From contig JAUCBJ010001929.1 of the NCBI GenBank assembly GCA_032718475.1, positions 18,718-82,717 on the forward strand: a DNA stretch of 64,000 bases. The letters are read 5' to 3'. Each line of letters opens with the position of its first letter. The first letter of the stretch is position 1. The notes beneath the pieces were generated by a model. It saw nothing but the letters and a program-made list of their open reading frames with translations. It ran no database searches and was not told where the DNA came from. The stretch comes from Nemertoderma westbladi. Taxonomy: Eukaryota > Animalia > Xenacoelomorpha. Positions 11,891 to 25,135 of this stretch are shown piece after piece. Position numbers and translations under genes: made by a program.

Positions 11891-12264
11891 ATGAATTTGG
11901 TGCATCAAGAGCCCATTATGGGGTGACGGCCTAACACATTTAGTGATTGATGATGAAGTTAGACCAGATAATCGAATTACAAGTTTAGTGGAGTAAAGGA
12001 ATGCAAAGCACAAGTACAAAAATCCACATGGGCGCCATTGTCTCTCATTACAACGTACAGGTGGACTATGTAAACAGATTTGTTATTGTCATTAAATGGT
12101 AACCCATAGAAATTCAATTTTCCTAAGTAAATCGAATAGATACTATTTCATCTCTTATGTAAATTTCATACTGGTATTACGATAACATCTTTTACTGTAA
12201 TTTTATGTCTTTTTGTTTTATTGTATTGATAAGAGCGTATTTGCTTTTAAGCTTTCATAGACAT

Positions 12265-13746
12265 TTGTATGCCAAAACCGTACTATCTCAGAGTTAGTCT
12301 GTTTTGGCATGTATAAATTTGTTGTTTAACCTGAAGTTCTAGGCATTCTTATATGCCAAAACAGACTATCTCAGATATGGTTAGAAAACAAAAATATTCC
12401 GAAGGCATATGGGTTTTCGAGGTCTCTGATCACGTTGAAACTTGTTAATAATATTTCTCGTACGTCAAACGTCATTTTTGGGGCCATTCTGATACACGAG
12501 GATGAAAAGTAGATTTAGCAAATATTTCATACGGTTAAATTTTGCCTTTGTTTGTGTAATAATGGTTTTCAAGGTCGCTGATTGTGATACAACTACTCTT
12601 TAAAAATCTTTAGTGGTAATGAAACTTTCGTTTTTAGTGCTTCTATGGTGGGACGAAAAATGCAACTGTAGCATAAAACTTACAAATGCCAAAAGTTGAA
12701 TTTGGTTGGATAATATGATATTTTTGAGTCTCATATTCGTGATCAGCTTCTCAGAAAACCCCTAAATAAATGTCATGAAATAAGGTTGATTTGGTAATGA
12801 TTTTGGATTAACAAATTTGTTCTACATTTATATTTTTCATGCCGCACATTGACACATTTCTAAAAATTCCACAATCAACAAGGTACGATATATTTCAGTG
12901 TCATATTCGTGATCAGCACTCCAAAAAAATAAAACATTTCAATAAAGGTCATGAAATTGGCTTGATTTTATGCTGAATTTTCATTATCATGTCATTACTC
13001 ATCATCATTACTTGTTTTTTCGTGCCCCAGGGGGCACATTCAAAATTACAAAAAATGTTCTCGAATGTTAAATTTGAGTTCTACAATCGTCATTAACATC
13101 CAAAAAAACGCGATATATCGCAAATAAATTTATTTTAGTTAGTCATAAAAACTTTTGAAAATTTTAGGACGAAAAATACTGGAGATCGGTGCCAGAAAGG
13201 TACTATGGCACGAAAACTAACATACTGAAGCTACTGTATATAAATGGCTTTTGCGATGTTGGATAGCGCATTAAATTTATGAAACTAGTAAAACTAGGTA
13301 TAGTAAAAGCATAATTGTAGGGTATAAGGTAAGTATATAGTCATTAGTGTATTGTAGATCATAGAGATAGACTGTTTTGGCAAATACAACTGAATAATTA
13401 TTAGATATTAAATCCAACGGAATACAAGTAGACAGAATACAAAGATAAAATAGAATACACAGATAGAATAGAATACACAAATAGACGGTTTCGGCATAAA
13501 GGAAACAATAAATCCAAACTTAATGTTTAATCCCAAATCAATCTAAGTAAAGATAGATGGTTTTGGGATTTCCTATTATTGACACATGTTGAGATAGACG
13601 GTTTTGGCAAAAATATAACTCCTTAGGACTTCATGATTACGTCTTAAGACTTGGCTAGAAAGATGCGCCTCGTTTTTCTGATTCCAAATATATGCAATTG
13701 TCATTTTTCTAAAAAATTTAGTTAGACGGTTTTGGCATGTAAGGGC
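12265..13746. mobile_element. Non-autonomous DNA-transposon relic with subterminal repeats
   Basis: The motif TAGACGGTTTTGGCA recurs at ~13367, 13482, 13554, 13595 and 13723, with inverted copies TGCCAAAAC(C/A)G at 12270 and 12354. The right end reads ...GGCATGTAAGGG. No ORF. Confidence 0.4.
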
Positions 13747-14621
13747 CGAGTAGTTGGTACCGGTACTACCCTGTAACCAGACCACACTGTAAAATCACAG
13801 CTAAAAAGAGGGACCTCTTTATATCGAAACCGGAATTCCCTAAGCCAGTAAACGTGGGTAAACTAGGCGAACCTCTGGTAACCCATGAACTAAACGGACT
13901 CAACCTGAACTTGAAGTCAATGTCATTGTCATTGTAAAAAAAAGCAAGAGGCAAGAGGAGGCCAATGCGATAAGTAGTTGTATTTACTTTACAAGATTGG
14001 TATTGATATACTCGGCTATTATACAGTGATTATATGAAGTTTCAACACTAACTTGTTAATTATTTGGCCACATACAGTCTAAATCTCTTCAATCATGAAC
14101 ATTGTCCATCGGAAATGGATTTTATGATCAGAAGAACTCCATAAACGAAATTTTAATTAGCTATAATATAGTTATAGTATATTATAGTTAGCTATATTTT
14201 TGACAAACAGAGAATTTAGATTTTCTTCGATTTAAAAACTTATCGAGCATTTAAATCAAAATTACTATTATAATAAAATAGTAGAATATAAGAAGAGCAG
14301 AATATCTCATTAAATCTATACCCTCCCCTATAGCACCTTTTATTAATCAATCAAGTTGTACGGTAATTTAAATATCATAAAATCTAATATTATGTATGGT
14401 AGATCAAACGTCATAAAGTAGATAGATATTATATAATATCTATATTAAAATTAAAATATGTTAGTTGTTACCATAATAAAGTTATATATTAACTTATCAA
14501 AACTATATCTATATTCTATTATTAACTGACTGTGCAAAACATTTATAACATTTCATATCGAATTCTTATTATATTATAATAATTACCAAAAATCAGTCGC
14601 AGTCGCAGTCGCCGTCGTACA

Positions 14622-14834
14622 ATGAAAACCACCACCAACCACTCTACTCCATCCAAACCACCACCTAATCCATATTATACCACAAACTTATTCCTCAGAC
14701 TCACATATTGCTTTCTACTTCCCTTCATATCTATTGCTAGAAAACGAAAATTAGTTAAAGAGGATTTCTATGATAATTTACCGAAAGAGAAAGCAGAAAA
14801 TATTCACAAAGAATTCCAAACAATCTGGGACCAG
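14622..14834 (+). CDS. ABCC4/MRP4-like transporter copy 1, exon 1 (lasso/L0 region)
   Basis: PNPYYTTNLFLRLTYCFLLPFISIARKRKLVKEDFY...EFQTIWDQ matches the ABCC4-type N-terminus. It ends at a consensus donor CAG|GTAAGT. Confidence 0.8.
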
Positions 14835-15032
14835 GTAAGTCTAGAATCTATCTCCCCTTCATATAAATAACTACTTATATCATTGTGTGTAACAGGCAAT
14901 AGATTTGTATTTTCTATTACCATTTCACATATTTTTTTTGTATGATAGCGATTGGCCACGATAAAACATTCGTCGGTTAATACAATTATACGTAGGGCTC
15001 CAACATGTGATGTGCTGTACAATCTTTTCAAA

Positions 15033-15480
15033 TTAGGCTTCTGTCAGATGAATGGACGATTTGACCGTGATGTGGACAGGGCGCTTACAAGCTGACCTGG
15101 ACCCGTGTACACACATATGGGCGGCCACAGCAGCACAAAGTTCAGTTCTCGCCGAACGCAATTCATGCACTCGCTGTACCGTATCTCGCTGCGTTCCAAT
15201 AACTTGGAAGCGAGTTGCTTCCAGCGTAGAGGAAGGTGAGATACCCCCCAACGCAGAGAAGATGAGTGGTGTAAATGTGGCGTGCTCGACCTCTCCGATC
15301 CGTTCGAGATACATATTGCGCTTCAAATTTTCGTGGAACAGATGGGTGGCTTCGAGATTCATAGCTGCGTTCGTTGGGGTGAGTGGGTTGAAAACGGAGA
15401 CGTCGATATACGTCTTCTGGTTGCGATTCCCCCAGAAACTGGAAACCAAAACGTCCAGCCGGAACAGGTATTCTGGTATT
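15033..15480 (-). pseudogene. C-terminal restriction-like endonuclease region of an RLE-type non-LTR element
   Basis: FWGNRNQKTYIDVSVFNP...HENLKRNMYLERIGEVEHATFTPLIFSALGG. Confidence 0.7.
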
Positions 15481-15689
15481 GGTAGGTAGTTAATCGACCA
15501 TTGAATTGCACCACAGTTGTGTCTATGTCGCTGAATATATGATATTGAAGCTTCCTGAACTAGACAACAGTTCTGGCCCAGTTGAACTTAACATCGAATT
15601 TGTAAACCAATTGTCAAGGGGGTGTTTGGTTGTTCCCTGTTGTGACATTGTATTCTAGGTTACTGCGTCTTCTGTAAGGCTTGAAAACG

Positions 15690-17960
15690 CTTTGCCTGGG
15701 ATACTAAAGTGCTACAAGCAGTTATCAATGGTGAGGTCAGTGTTCTTTAAGATGCGTCTCAAGAAAGTCATGGGCTGTCCACCATGCTTATTCACTCCAT
15801 GAGGCTGCCAAAGCACAAGATTATACAGTGGCTGGTCCTCATGGTAAAAGCAATGTCCTGCAAAGCGGAGGCGATTTTGTTCTAGTGTCAAGCTTGGGGG
15901 AACCAATGAGACACCTCCAATGTTATATATTTATTTATTTATTTTCTCATTTAATCCGAATATTAATATTAAAATATCCATAGAGCACATTACACTATAT
16001 TTACAAATTAAAACTATACTAAAAAAGACAATAAAAAGAGAGGGTACAAGTTAATTTAAATTCGGCATCTCAGGTAACTATCGTATACCTGAGACACGTT
16101 AAAACATATACAGCTAATATTAATTAAAATAGAATTTTGCGAGTTGGCTACACGATTAAATAAACTAAATAGTGAAAAGCGTCGGATATGTACAATTGAT
16201 TTAAGGCCAAGCATACCACTAGCACTGTCATCGCGTTTAAAACCAAATAAACGTCGCACTGTGTTGTTATACGCTACATTTAATCGATTAAGAGTTGACT
16301 CACAAAAATAGCTGTCAGCCCAAAGAGCATTACAATAAACATTAGAGCAATAAGAAATAAACAATTGTAGCATCACATGGGGAGAGCAGTTACTGAAGGT
16401 CCTACTAATAAGCAAATTAGCACGTGCGTAAAAAGATCTAGTTTGGTTCCTAATATCAGTATCATCCGAGAAATCAGATGTGATATAGTGACCGAGATAT
16501 TTATATTTAGGAACACATTCAAGCACAACACTGTCCAATACGATCATTGTATTAGAAATTGTTAAACGGTGAGAACTGTGTAAAAATATACATTTAGATT
16601 TCTTAGCATTAAATGTAATGGAGTTGCAATACGCATAATCAGAACAAATGTCAACAAGTGATTGTAAGGCACTAGGCGACGTAGATATAAGACATATATC
16701 ATCCGCATAAAAATAATGATTGACAGCTACATATCCAAGTCGTGCGCCCAGCCCACAGCTAGATAATTGTACACTTAATTTATCATTATATAGATTGAAG
16801 AAGTAAGGTGCCAATATGCTTCCCTGTCTAGTTCCGTTGGAGCAGCCAAATGGATTAGACATATAACCATCCCATAATATAACCATTGACTGATTAGTAT
16901 ACCAAAAATGGATCACACGTAAAATATAGTTTGGTACCCCTCTAAGTAAAAGTTTACTAAATAGTTTGGTATGATTGATCTTATCGAAAGCCTTTGAAGC
17001 GTCCAAGAAACATATATATACGTTGGAGCCATTCCTTAAATAATAATTAATTAATTCCTTAATTGTAAATATACACAACTCCGTGCCGGTCCCACGTTTA
17101 TAACCAAACTGGTTATCGGTTGTTGTAATGAGATTTTCAATTCGCTGTAATATTACGATTTCCAATAGCTTACCGAGAATCGTTGCCAAAGCAATGGGAC
17201 GGTAATTATTAGATTCGATATATTCTATATCTCGATAGATTCTATATATAGTGTCTGGTTGGAGATGTGTGCATTGTACTTGACACAATGAACCCGGCGT
17301 AGCATTCTTGTGAATGTGCCATCCAGAGATTTGGTGTCCTCAGCAGTTAGAGCCCAGCATGGACTCCCATATAGGAGTACTGGAACTACTGCTGCTCTAA
17401 ATAATCGGACCTTAAGTTTCCGATTAATTCTCAGTGACTTCCAAATCCTGGAAAGCCTATTCAAGGCTGCCCATGCCTTTCCCTTACGTATTCGAAGGTC
17501 CTCCCTCACCTGACTTCCGGATCCATGATCCCAGGTAACAGAAGTCGTCCACATGCTCAAGCATACCATCCTTTGAGCTTATGCTCATCCGGTCAGAGAC
17601 TTGCTGAAGACTTGCAAAGTTAACTGTCAAAATTTTGGTCTTTTTGGAGTTAATAAAAAGACCAAGACTAGAAACAAGCCTGTTCTAATGAGCTGAGGAG
17701 CCGTTGGGCTCCCTCTAGTGATTCTGAGAGTACTCCTAAGTCATCAGCAAAGTCTAGATCAGTTAGGTACTTGGCAGGATTTCCTCGACTTCTGGAGCTA
17801 GTAGGTGGAGTTATCATCACCCCATCATCATTATGATGATCTATGGACATGCGTAGAACATAGTCAACCACAATTATGAACAAGAATGGCGCAAGTGTGT
17901 CTCCTGAAGGACTCCCTATAACACTTCAAACTGCAATAATTTCCTCAGGAATCCTATATA
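15690..17960 (-). mobile_element. Decayed RTE-clade LINE split by a nested LINE
   Basis: DLDFADD (17668-17883) and RLFRAAVVPVLLYG...HISNQTLY (to ~17244). The frame resumes at ~15930 as NIGGVSLVPPSLTLEQNRLRFAGHC. Confidence 0.8.
15931..17243 (-). mobile_element. 5'-truncated LINE (RT only) inserted into the RTE
   Basis: NYRPIALAT...LDASKAFDKI...GTRQGSILAP...YADD. It has a (TAAA)n tail at ~15931-15945 and ATATAT at both junctions. Confidence 0.85.
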
Positions 17961-18042
17961 TGAAAGTATGCTGAACATACATGAGTGAGAGACTGGCAAG
18001 AAGGAAGGCATGAAGGTCTTGAAAAATACGTAATTATATGTA

Positions 18043-18530
18043 ATTAATTTTACTTACTTGATATTGGTATGTCAAAAAGTTTAAATTTAAATTTAACTCG
18101 TTTAACTCAAAATTATATTTAAGAGACCGGATCATGCTGAACATGGTTGTTTAAAATGCCTTCCTATTATTTTATTCATATTATAATTAGCAACCATGCA
18201 CTAGACAAATTATCCCATATAGTGTTGCTAAAGAAATCATTGCTTATTTTGATCTGGAATGCAATGCTATTTTGTTTATATGTATGTGTGCGTGTTTAGC
18301 TGGTTTTTGGTGTATTTAGTTTGATTAACATGTGTCCTGCACAGGTTATTGTAGCTGATGAGCCAAATCCCGGCGAAACACATGTAAAAATGTAACCAAT
18401 TGTTTCTCTGTTTCCAATTAATTTTACTTGCTTGATATTGGTCTGTCAAAAACATAATTCGTTCAACTCAAAATTATATTTAAGAGACCGGATCATGCTT
18501 AAAATGCCTTCCTATTACTTTATTTTTATT
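18043..18530 (+). mobile_element. Penelope-like pseudo-LTR remnant (partial direct repeat around a hammerhead)
   Basis: ~18043-18175 is repeated at ~18418-18530, with a hammerhead core between the copies. Confidence 0.5.
18344..18397 (+). ncRNA. Hammerhead ribozyme motif (stem I eroded)
   Basis: CTGATGA-GCC-aaatccc-GGC-GAAACACATGTA. Distal stem I pairing GGTTAT/GTAACC. Confidence 0.65.
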
Positions 18531-18645
18531 ATATATAATATATATATAATATATATATAATTAAATAATATTAAATTATAATAAATGACCGTATAAATAA
18601 ATGGCTATTGTCTTTTAATTAACAATTATAAATTATTATATTTAT

Positions 18646-19307
18646 TGTGACGGGATCCTAAGATCCCGACCGGGTTAGATTTGTACGCGTCACCGTTCTG
18701 CTGGGCAGTTGTACTAAGTCGCTTTGGCCGAAGGCCGTCGGGGAAAATGAAAGAGTTTTTGTTTCTCAATATTAATACTCCGAACGATAATAGCGAGGTA
18801 TCACGATAATACAGATATAACAGCAGAAATGCACAGATTAATTGGTGATGTCAGTGGTGGTGACGGTCATAAACTATGACTGGTCTGCAACTGTGTAACT
18901 AATGAACTGACCGGTAAATCAGTAATGCAGAATAATATATAATTGATACACACAGATATTGGTTTCACATCTTACTGTACTTGGCCCTCTGTACCCAGTG
19001 GATGCTTTCTTTCCTATCTCTAATCACGTGCTTCCTTCCCCGCTATTGGCTAATACATTAATTGTCACTTTGGCACTCCCTGTGAGTGTTTCCACCCGCT
19101 GCTAGCCTCTACTAGCTGTGTTCTCCCTCCGAGGTGGTTTGACCTCTCACCTCTTTCTGTGGCTTTAGGGCTTGTGTCGCCCCCCCCCCCCCAATGTTGG
19201 TTATGAGGCGAGATTAATATTGGTAATCTCGTATCCACAACTATATTGGAAAAATTCCACTGGTCCCATTTTCGGGTGGTAATGCAGTGGAATTGAATCC
19301 GCTTATA
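18646..19307 (-). repeat. 3' LTR
   Basis: Both ends resemble the TSD-flanked solo LTR at 38795/45280 (TGTGACGGGATCC... and ...GGAATTGAAT). The polypurine tract GGGGGGAG is adjacent at 19308-19315 on -. Confidence 0.75.
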
Positions 19308-20055
19308 CTCCCCCCATGCTATCTTCCCGGTGAGAAGATAGCATCAACCTTAAGTGCACTTCAATTCCACTGGAACCCAATCTAATATCGGGTGTGGGGT
19401 GGAGTTCTTTTCTCGGGGTCGGCTTTCCTGACCACCCCCCCTGGGTATGTTATTACTACCCCTCCTTGGTGCAATCGCGAGCTATGTTGCACCAAGGTAT
19501 CTGGCGTCTCTGTTTGAGACAATTGTGCTTTTTCTTCACACAATTTTCTAGAACCTCACTATAATCTTACTCTCTGACTTCTCTGTCCCTTACTCTCTCT
19601 CTCACGGACCTTGTTGTCTCTTACTCTCACTCCCACAGACCCTGTTGTCCCTTACTCTTTCTCTTACTGCTCGCTCCCCACACTTGAATTGCACTCCTCT
19701 CACTTCTACGCATGTCAACACCTCCTCTCCATACTTCCCCCGTTCTCCTATACTCAACCCACATTTGTTTTACTCCACTCACCCCTGACGAGCCTCACCC
19801 TCCCCTTTTGTGCCGTCGCACTCAAGAAGCGTGATTCGTCTAGTGTCTCGTCCTCCTGTCACAGTCAATTGGTCCCCAATCCCAGTAGCTAGTTGGAAAA
19901 GGATATATATGACTATAGTACTTTGATTATATATTCATATTAATTATATTGATTATCTACATACGTACATACTAATTGCACTTAATTATTTGCACTTAGG
20001 AGTTTGTATTATTCCCACGTGTGGTGCCTTCCAGGCACGCCCACATCTCCCTCTC

Positions 20056-21818
20056 TTAGTTTTGGTTCGCTCCTCCTGTCTTCGGGAACCATCTTAGTTC
20101 TTTGCCCCTGTCATCATCTTGCCTGGGCCGCTTCCTTCCCTCTGGCTTGTCCTCTCTGAGACTCCTCATTCTCGCCGTTACCGCCTTGCTAATCCCCATC
20201 GTCGATTCTTTGGGCGCTGGTGGTATCAACTCCCGGTAACACTTTGCAGGTGGCCCTTCCGAGTGCCCCTCCTGCTTCCCCCTGGTCGCGTCCCACAAGA
20301 TCATTTTCATCGCTTGCGGCACGCATTCCGCCAGAAAGTCCCTGAACTCGCCCCTGTTCTCTGGCATCCATCTATCCAAGTATCTCTGCATGTTGATGAC
20401 TCCTCCATATGATGCCGCTGTCGCTACCTCCTGGTATGCGAATGGCAGTCTCCTCTTGATAATCTCCTGATGGGCTTCCGGATTGATGTTGAAGAAACCC
20501 CACCGGAACTCCTGGGCCTTCATCCTCTGCCGCATCATAATGCCGACGTCGGCCCACTCCTCGAAGATCTTAAACTTCTCTTCATCATCCATCCAGTCGC
20601 ACTGGCGCCCATAGTGCTCTGGAAGTTACACTTTGAGCAGCAGTTGTGCAGCCTCGGACATGCTCCCATCCTATGGGTCGACTTGTGGCAGTAGAGGCAG
20701 CTCGTCCCCTTCTGAAATCGATACAAACAGCTCTTTTCCTGGTGAGTTAGCCTCCCGCAGTAGTCACAGCCGTGTATCAACGCATCCCGCCCCAAGTCGT
20801 CTTTTGCCCCGAGCGGTCTCCTAGGTCTGTGGAGCCATTGGTAGGCAAACTTCTGGACATTAAGGTCTCTACCCATATCCACGTCCTCCTCCCGCCTCGG
20901 CATCGTCTCCCCAAACACTACCTGTGGTGCCGTTCCCGGCTGCTAGCCCAACCTGATGGTGCTCCCCACGAAATCCATCACCGGCTCCTCGTGCACCCAG
21001 GTCCGCTTGCCAGGTTTATCCCAGAAGGCCCTCGCCCCGCTGGCCGTCACCACTCTCCTGCCCACCCAGTCCGTATCTGAGTGGCCGATCCTCTCGATGG
21101 GCATCATCTCCCCGAACTCGTCATCATCTTCCTCCCTTGCTGGGAGTGGATCCAGACCCGGTATCCCGGTAGATCCACTGTGCCCCTTTCCACCTTGGCT
21201 TCCACCCGTAACTTTCCACCCTGCCTGTTCCCTTGGTCTCTTCCTTGCGAAATCGCCCTCAGAGCCCCCTGGTATGGGCATCATTTGCAATCCCGATGTT
21301 GACTGTTTCAGCGATCCCTCCATCCATCCCAGTTCCTCCCCCAGAAACTCGCCCGAGCTCCCTGATCCCACCTTAGCTCGTCCAAGTCCTGGGCTTCGAA
21401 CCCGTACTCCTCTCCCCTTATATCTGCCTCTCTCTCATCTGCTTCCCTCCTTTCTCGCCTGGTGATTTCGACCAGCCTCTTCTCATCGACTCTATCCGCT
21501 TCCAACTTCTCCTACCTCTTGTATGGTGTGTCCACCTCTCTGTCTACTAGGTGCCGGCTATGATAGTACACCGACTCGCCCTTCAGCCCCGGGTGGTCTA
21601 CGAGACCTTCGAAGGCCACCTTAAAGGCTCTTCTGTAGTTTAGAGGTGCACCTGATAGCAGAAACGCTGTTGGCTCTCTTCCGATAACCACGGCCATGAA
21701 TAGGTTTAGTAAACCTATCATTATCCAATCCTCCTGTAGGACATATCTCTTCTGATATATCTTTATCGCTCCCCTTCAGAACTGATACATCTCCTGTTTC
21801 CCTGGCCTCACTCCCCAT
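20056..21818 (-). pseudogene. Fragmented accessory ORF with CX2CX4HX4C zinc knuckles
   Basis: Consecutive ORF pieces 21818-21621, 21721-21512, 21505-21308, 21371-20943, 20918-20535 and 20592-20056. Knuckles CDYCGRLTHQEKSC and CLYCHKSTHRMGAC, plus a broken third (CSKC). Confidence 0.6.
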
Positions 21819-22049
21819 TTCAGCGAGTTCGCCAGTTCCGCTCCATACTCCTCCCTGAACTTACCCCAGTCCATCGGCTTGTGGCAGACAAGCCCCATGA
21901 GCTGGCCCATCCCCACTGCTCCACAATGTCCTATGTTCTCTACCACCCCCAAAGTGCCAATTTTCCTTAGTCTTATTTTATTTTTCTTATGTCCCCCCCC
22001 CCCTGTCTGTACTATTACCCCATCTACATTTCTACTTCCTTCTTACTAT

Positions 22050-22470
22050 GTACCCTACTACTACTATGGTATGCCTACATACCCTTTACTTTCTTACTAC
22101 GTGGCGCTCTCGGTGCCCGCAACTTCTAATTTCTATGGTACAATGTACCCTAATACTGCTACTATGGTATACCTACATACCACACCCTTCACTCTCTCAC
22201 TACGTGGCGCTTTTGGTGCCCACAACCCCTCTGCTACTACCTCTATGGTATACCTACATACCATACCATCTACTCTCTTACTACGTGGTGCTTTCAGTGC
22301 CCACAACCCCTCTGCTACTACTTCTATGGTATATCTACATACCATACCCTCTACTCTCTTACTACGTGGCGCTTTCGGTGCCCACAACCCCTCTGCCACT
22401 ACTTCTATGGTATACCTACATACCATACCCTCTACTCTCTTACTATGTGGCGCTTTCGGTGCCCACAACC
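22050..22470. repeat. 81-bp tandem repeat (~4-5 copies)
   Basis: 27-aa periodicity of the shadow ORFs (WAPKAPRSKRVEGMVCRYTIEVVAEGL). Confidence 0.85.
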
Positions 22471-22815
22471 TCTAACTCTCTCGGTACTATGTACCCTACT
22501 ACTACTCTCGTGGTATGTCTATATACCACACTCCCTAATCTCTAACTTCTAACTCTTACAGTACTATGTACCCTGCTACTACTCTCATGGTATGTCTATA
22601 TACCACACTCCCTCTACTACTACTTCTGTGGTATGCCTATATACCATACTCTGTCTACTACTACTTAGTGCTACGTACTATCTACTACTATTACTTTCTA
22701 CTATCTTACTTATTATTTTATTATTTGCTTATAATTTATTTTTATATTTTGTGTGGGAAGGGCGTCTCGCCCTCATTCCCACCCCCCTCAGTCCAACATA
22801 TTGGACGACTAAACT

Positions 22816-25135
22816 TCAAGGGTGATTCTTCCAGCAGGCACTCTCCCACTGCCCCCCTGTAGGTCCTCTTATCCTTCGCCCCACTCTCCTTGTCAATTCC
22901 AACTCTCTAGGAATTGATTCTCCCTCCTCCACCACCCTAAAATCGGGTCTTTCGATCGCCTTCTTGATTTCCTCATGGTCCCCTGGCAGCAAAATGCCAC
23001 CCTTCATCTTGTCGTCACCTGGCGGTAGAATGAAAAGAAATCGAAAGAATAGATAAAACAGAATGGATAATAGTAATCCTATCCCTTTCCACCCTGTCTT
23101 CTTATTTGACCTCCCCCTTTTCGGTATGCCTCTCAACCGGACTGGCGTCTCCTCCGGACACTTCTCCGGACATCTCGCCATCCACTCTTCTCCATCCTCA
23201 TACCGATAATTGCCAGGAACATCCTTGTTCCATCCCATTGTCTCTAAGTCTTCTGCGTCGAATCCATTCTCCTCCGCCCACTCCCTTGCTGTTGCTTTCC
23301 CTCCTAATTCATCTACCGATGGTATTTCTCTGGAACTATCCTCTATCCTTTCACCACGCTCCACTATGCGTGGTTCCAGATCCATACCCAACTCCTGGTA
23401 TCCTTCCCCGGGCCGCTTCTCACATAGGACCTCCCCATCGCCCGTCTTTGGTTTCTCCTCTACGTCCTCAACAGTGCCTGACAGCATGCACCCTGATGTC
23501 TCCGACACCCTGAATGGAATCTTGGTTTTATTTGGGCCACTAAGCATCCATCCGAACGGCGTGAGAATCGCCGTTGGATCCCACTGCTTATTCTCTCGGA
23601 ATATGATCCGTACTCTCTCATGTGCCGTCGGACAATCCATTCCGACTATGATGGATACCTTCGAGACGTCCACTTCCGGTATTGAGAAATCGATATCGTC
23701 CAGGAACTTGGTCCAGGAACCTGGTGGGTCGCCTGGTGTTTATATTAATCGATTCTATTATCTGAATGGGGTCGATGGTCGCCCCATAATCACATCCTGG
23801 TGCTATTGCTGATATCTCGCACCATCCCGTTCTCATCTCCAGGACCTCATCCTTGCTCGAGATAGTAGTTACCGCCATCTTACTCGGCCTCGTCTGCAAC
23901 CATATCTCTTCGGCCACCCAATTCTCCATTAACGTGAATGCTGCCCCACTATCGACCAACATTAGTGTTGTGACCGATAGCCCGTCCTTTCCTGTTATCC
24001 TCACTGGTACTACCCCGAGTAGCACTGTCCTCTTCCTCTTTGCTCCCGTCGTGCTCGTAGCCATAGTTTGGCCTCCAGTCTTGTCGTATTCTATCGGTGT
24101 TTCTCTACACTCTCCGAATCTGTGTCCTTGTACCACACATCGATGACATAGTCCATTTGTATCCGCATAGGCTTCCCGATCTTGTTTAGGCAACGCCTGC
24201 CAATGCTTACAACTCATGGTCTTATGGGTTCCATCTCTATGCAATTGACATTTGTGTCCTGGATTGTAGCATTCCTTGTAATTGTATAGCTCTTCACGTA
24301 TCGCGCGTAGGTTCATATCTACCAGTTTAGTGTTTTGGTTATTTGGACTCGGCCTACTGGGTGTGTTGGGATTATATTTGTTCGTGTTGTTGTTTTGTTT
24401 CTGTCCCTGCCACGGTGTGGCCCTACTCCCAGCTATCTGTGGACTTGTAGACCCCTGCGTGGCCGCATGTGGTAGCGACTGTCTCACTCTCGGGAATGCA
24501 TCTGCCGGACTATGTTCGGGTTTAGGCATGTTGTATTCAGCTTTCGGTGCCTTCCCCAAACTATCCTCACTGTAGACTGGGTCTGTAATCAACTCCGCCT
24601 CATAATTAAGGAAGTTCAACATCTCCTCTAGCCCTGGCTCCACACCCTTCTTCTCTTTGGTGGAGAAGGCGATCTTCCTCCACTTATTTCTTAGCCAGAT
24701 CGGCAGTGCCTGCGCTATTGTGATGTTATTCGATGCGTTGAGTTTGTAAGGCGCATCCAAGGTCTTCAGCACAATCAGCGCCTTTTCGACTTTATTCGCG
24801 AAAGTCTTGATGCTGACAGGGTTATCCTGTAGTCCACCTGATGTTATTCCCCTCAAGGTTTGCCGGATGATCTTAGCAGGGTGTCCGAATTCCCTGTCTA
24901 GGGCCCGCCATGCAGTCATGAATCCACCTTCGATACCTTGGTACTCCCTTACGATGCCGTATGCTGGCCCCCCTGTGTAAACTTGTAAGTATTTTAGGCA
25001 CTCCGCCTGCGTCAGATTCTTTGTTAATATCTTGTTACTGTATATACGCCAGAATTGCAGATATTCCTCCGGTTTGCTTCCATCAAATTTGAACGGCTCC
25101 ACTTGGTGGCAGCTCGATCCTGGTCTAGAGCGCAT
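22816..25135 (-). pseudogene. Bel/Pao gag core + aspartic protease (frameshifted at ~23.7 kb)
   Basis: KFDGSKPEEYLQFW...LKYLQVYTGG; knuckles CQLHRDGTHKTMSC and CHRCVVQGHRFGEC; protease LVDSGA; SIIVGMDCP...PTAILTPFGWMLSGP. It then continues into unrelated sequence with no RT. Confidence 0.85.

Noticed and set aside
18191-18270. Possible missing ABCC exon (QIIPYSVAKEIIAYFDLEC) after an AG
   Set aside because: Only faint similarity, no convincing donor, and it lies within the partial direct repeat around a hammerhead.
21879-22862. Several overlapping Tyr/Thr-rich ORFs
   Set aside because: Products of the 81-bp repeat and low-complexity sequence, open in multiple frames.
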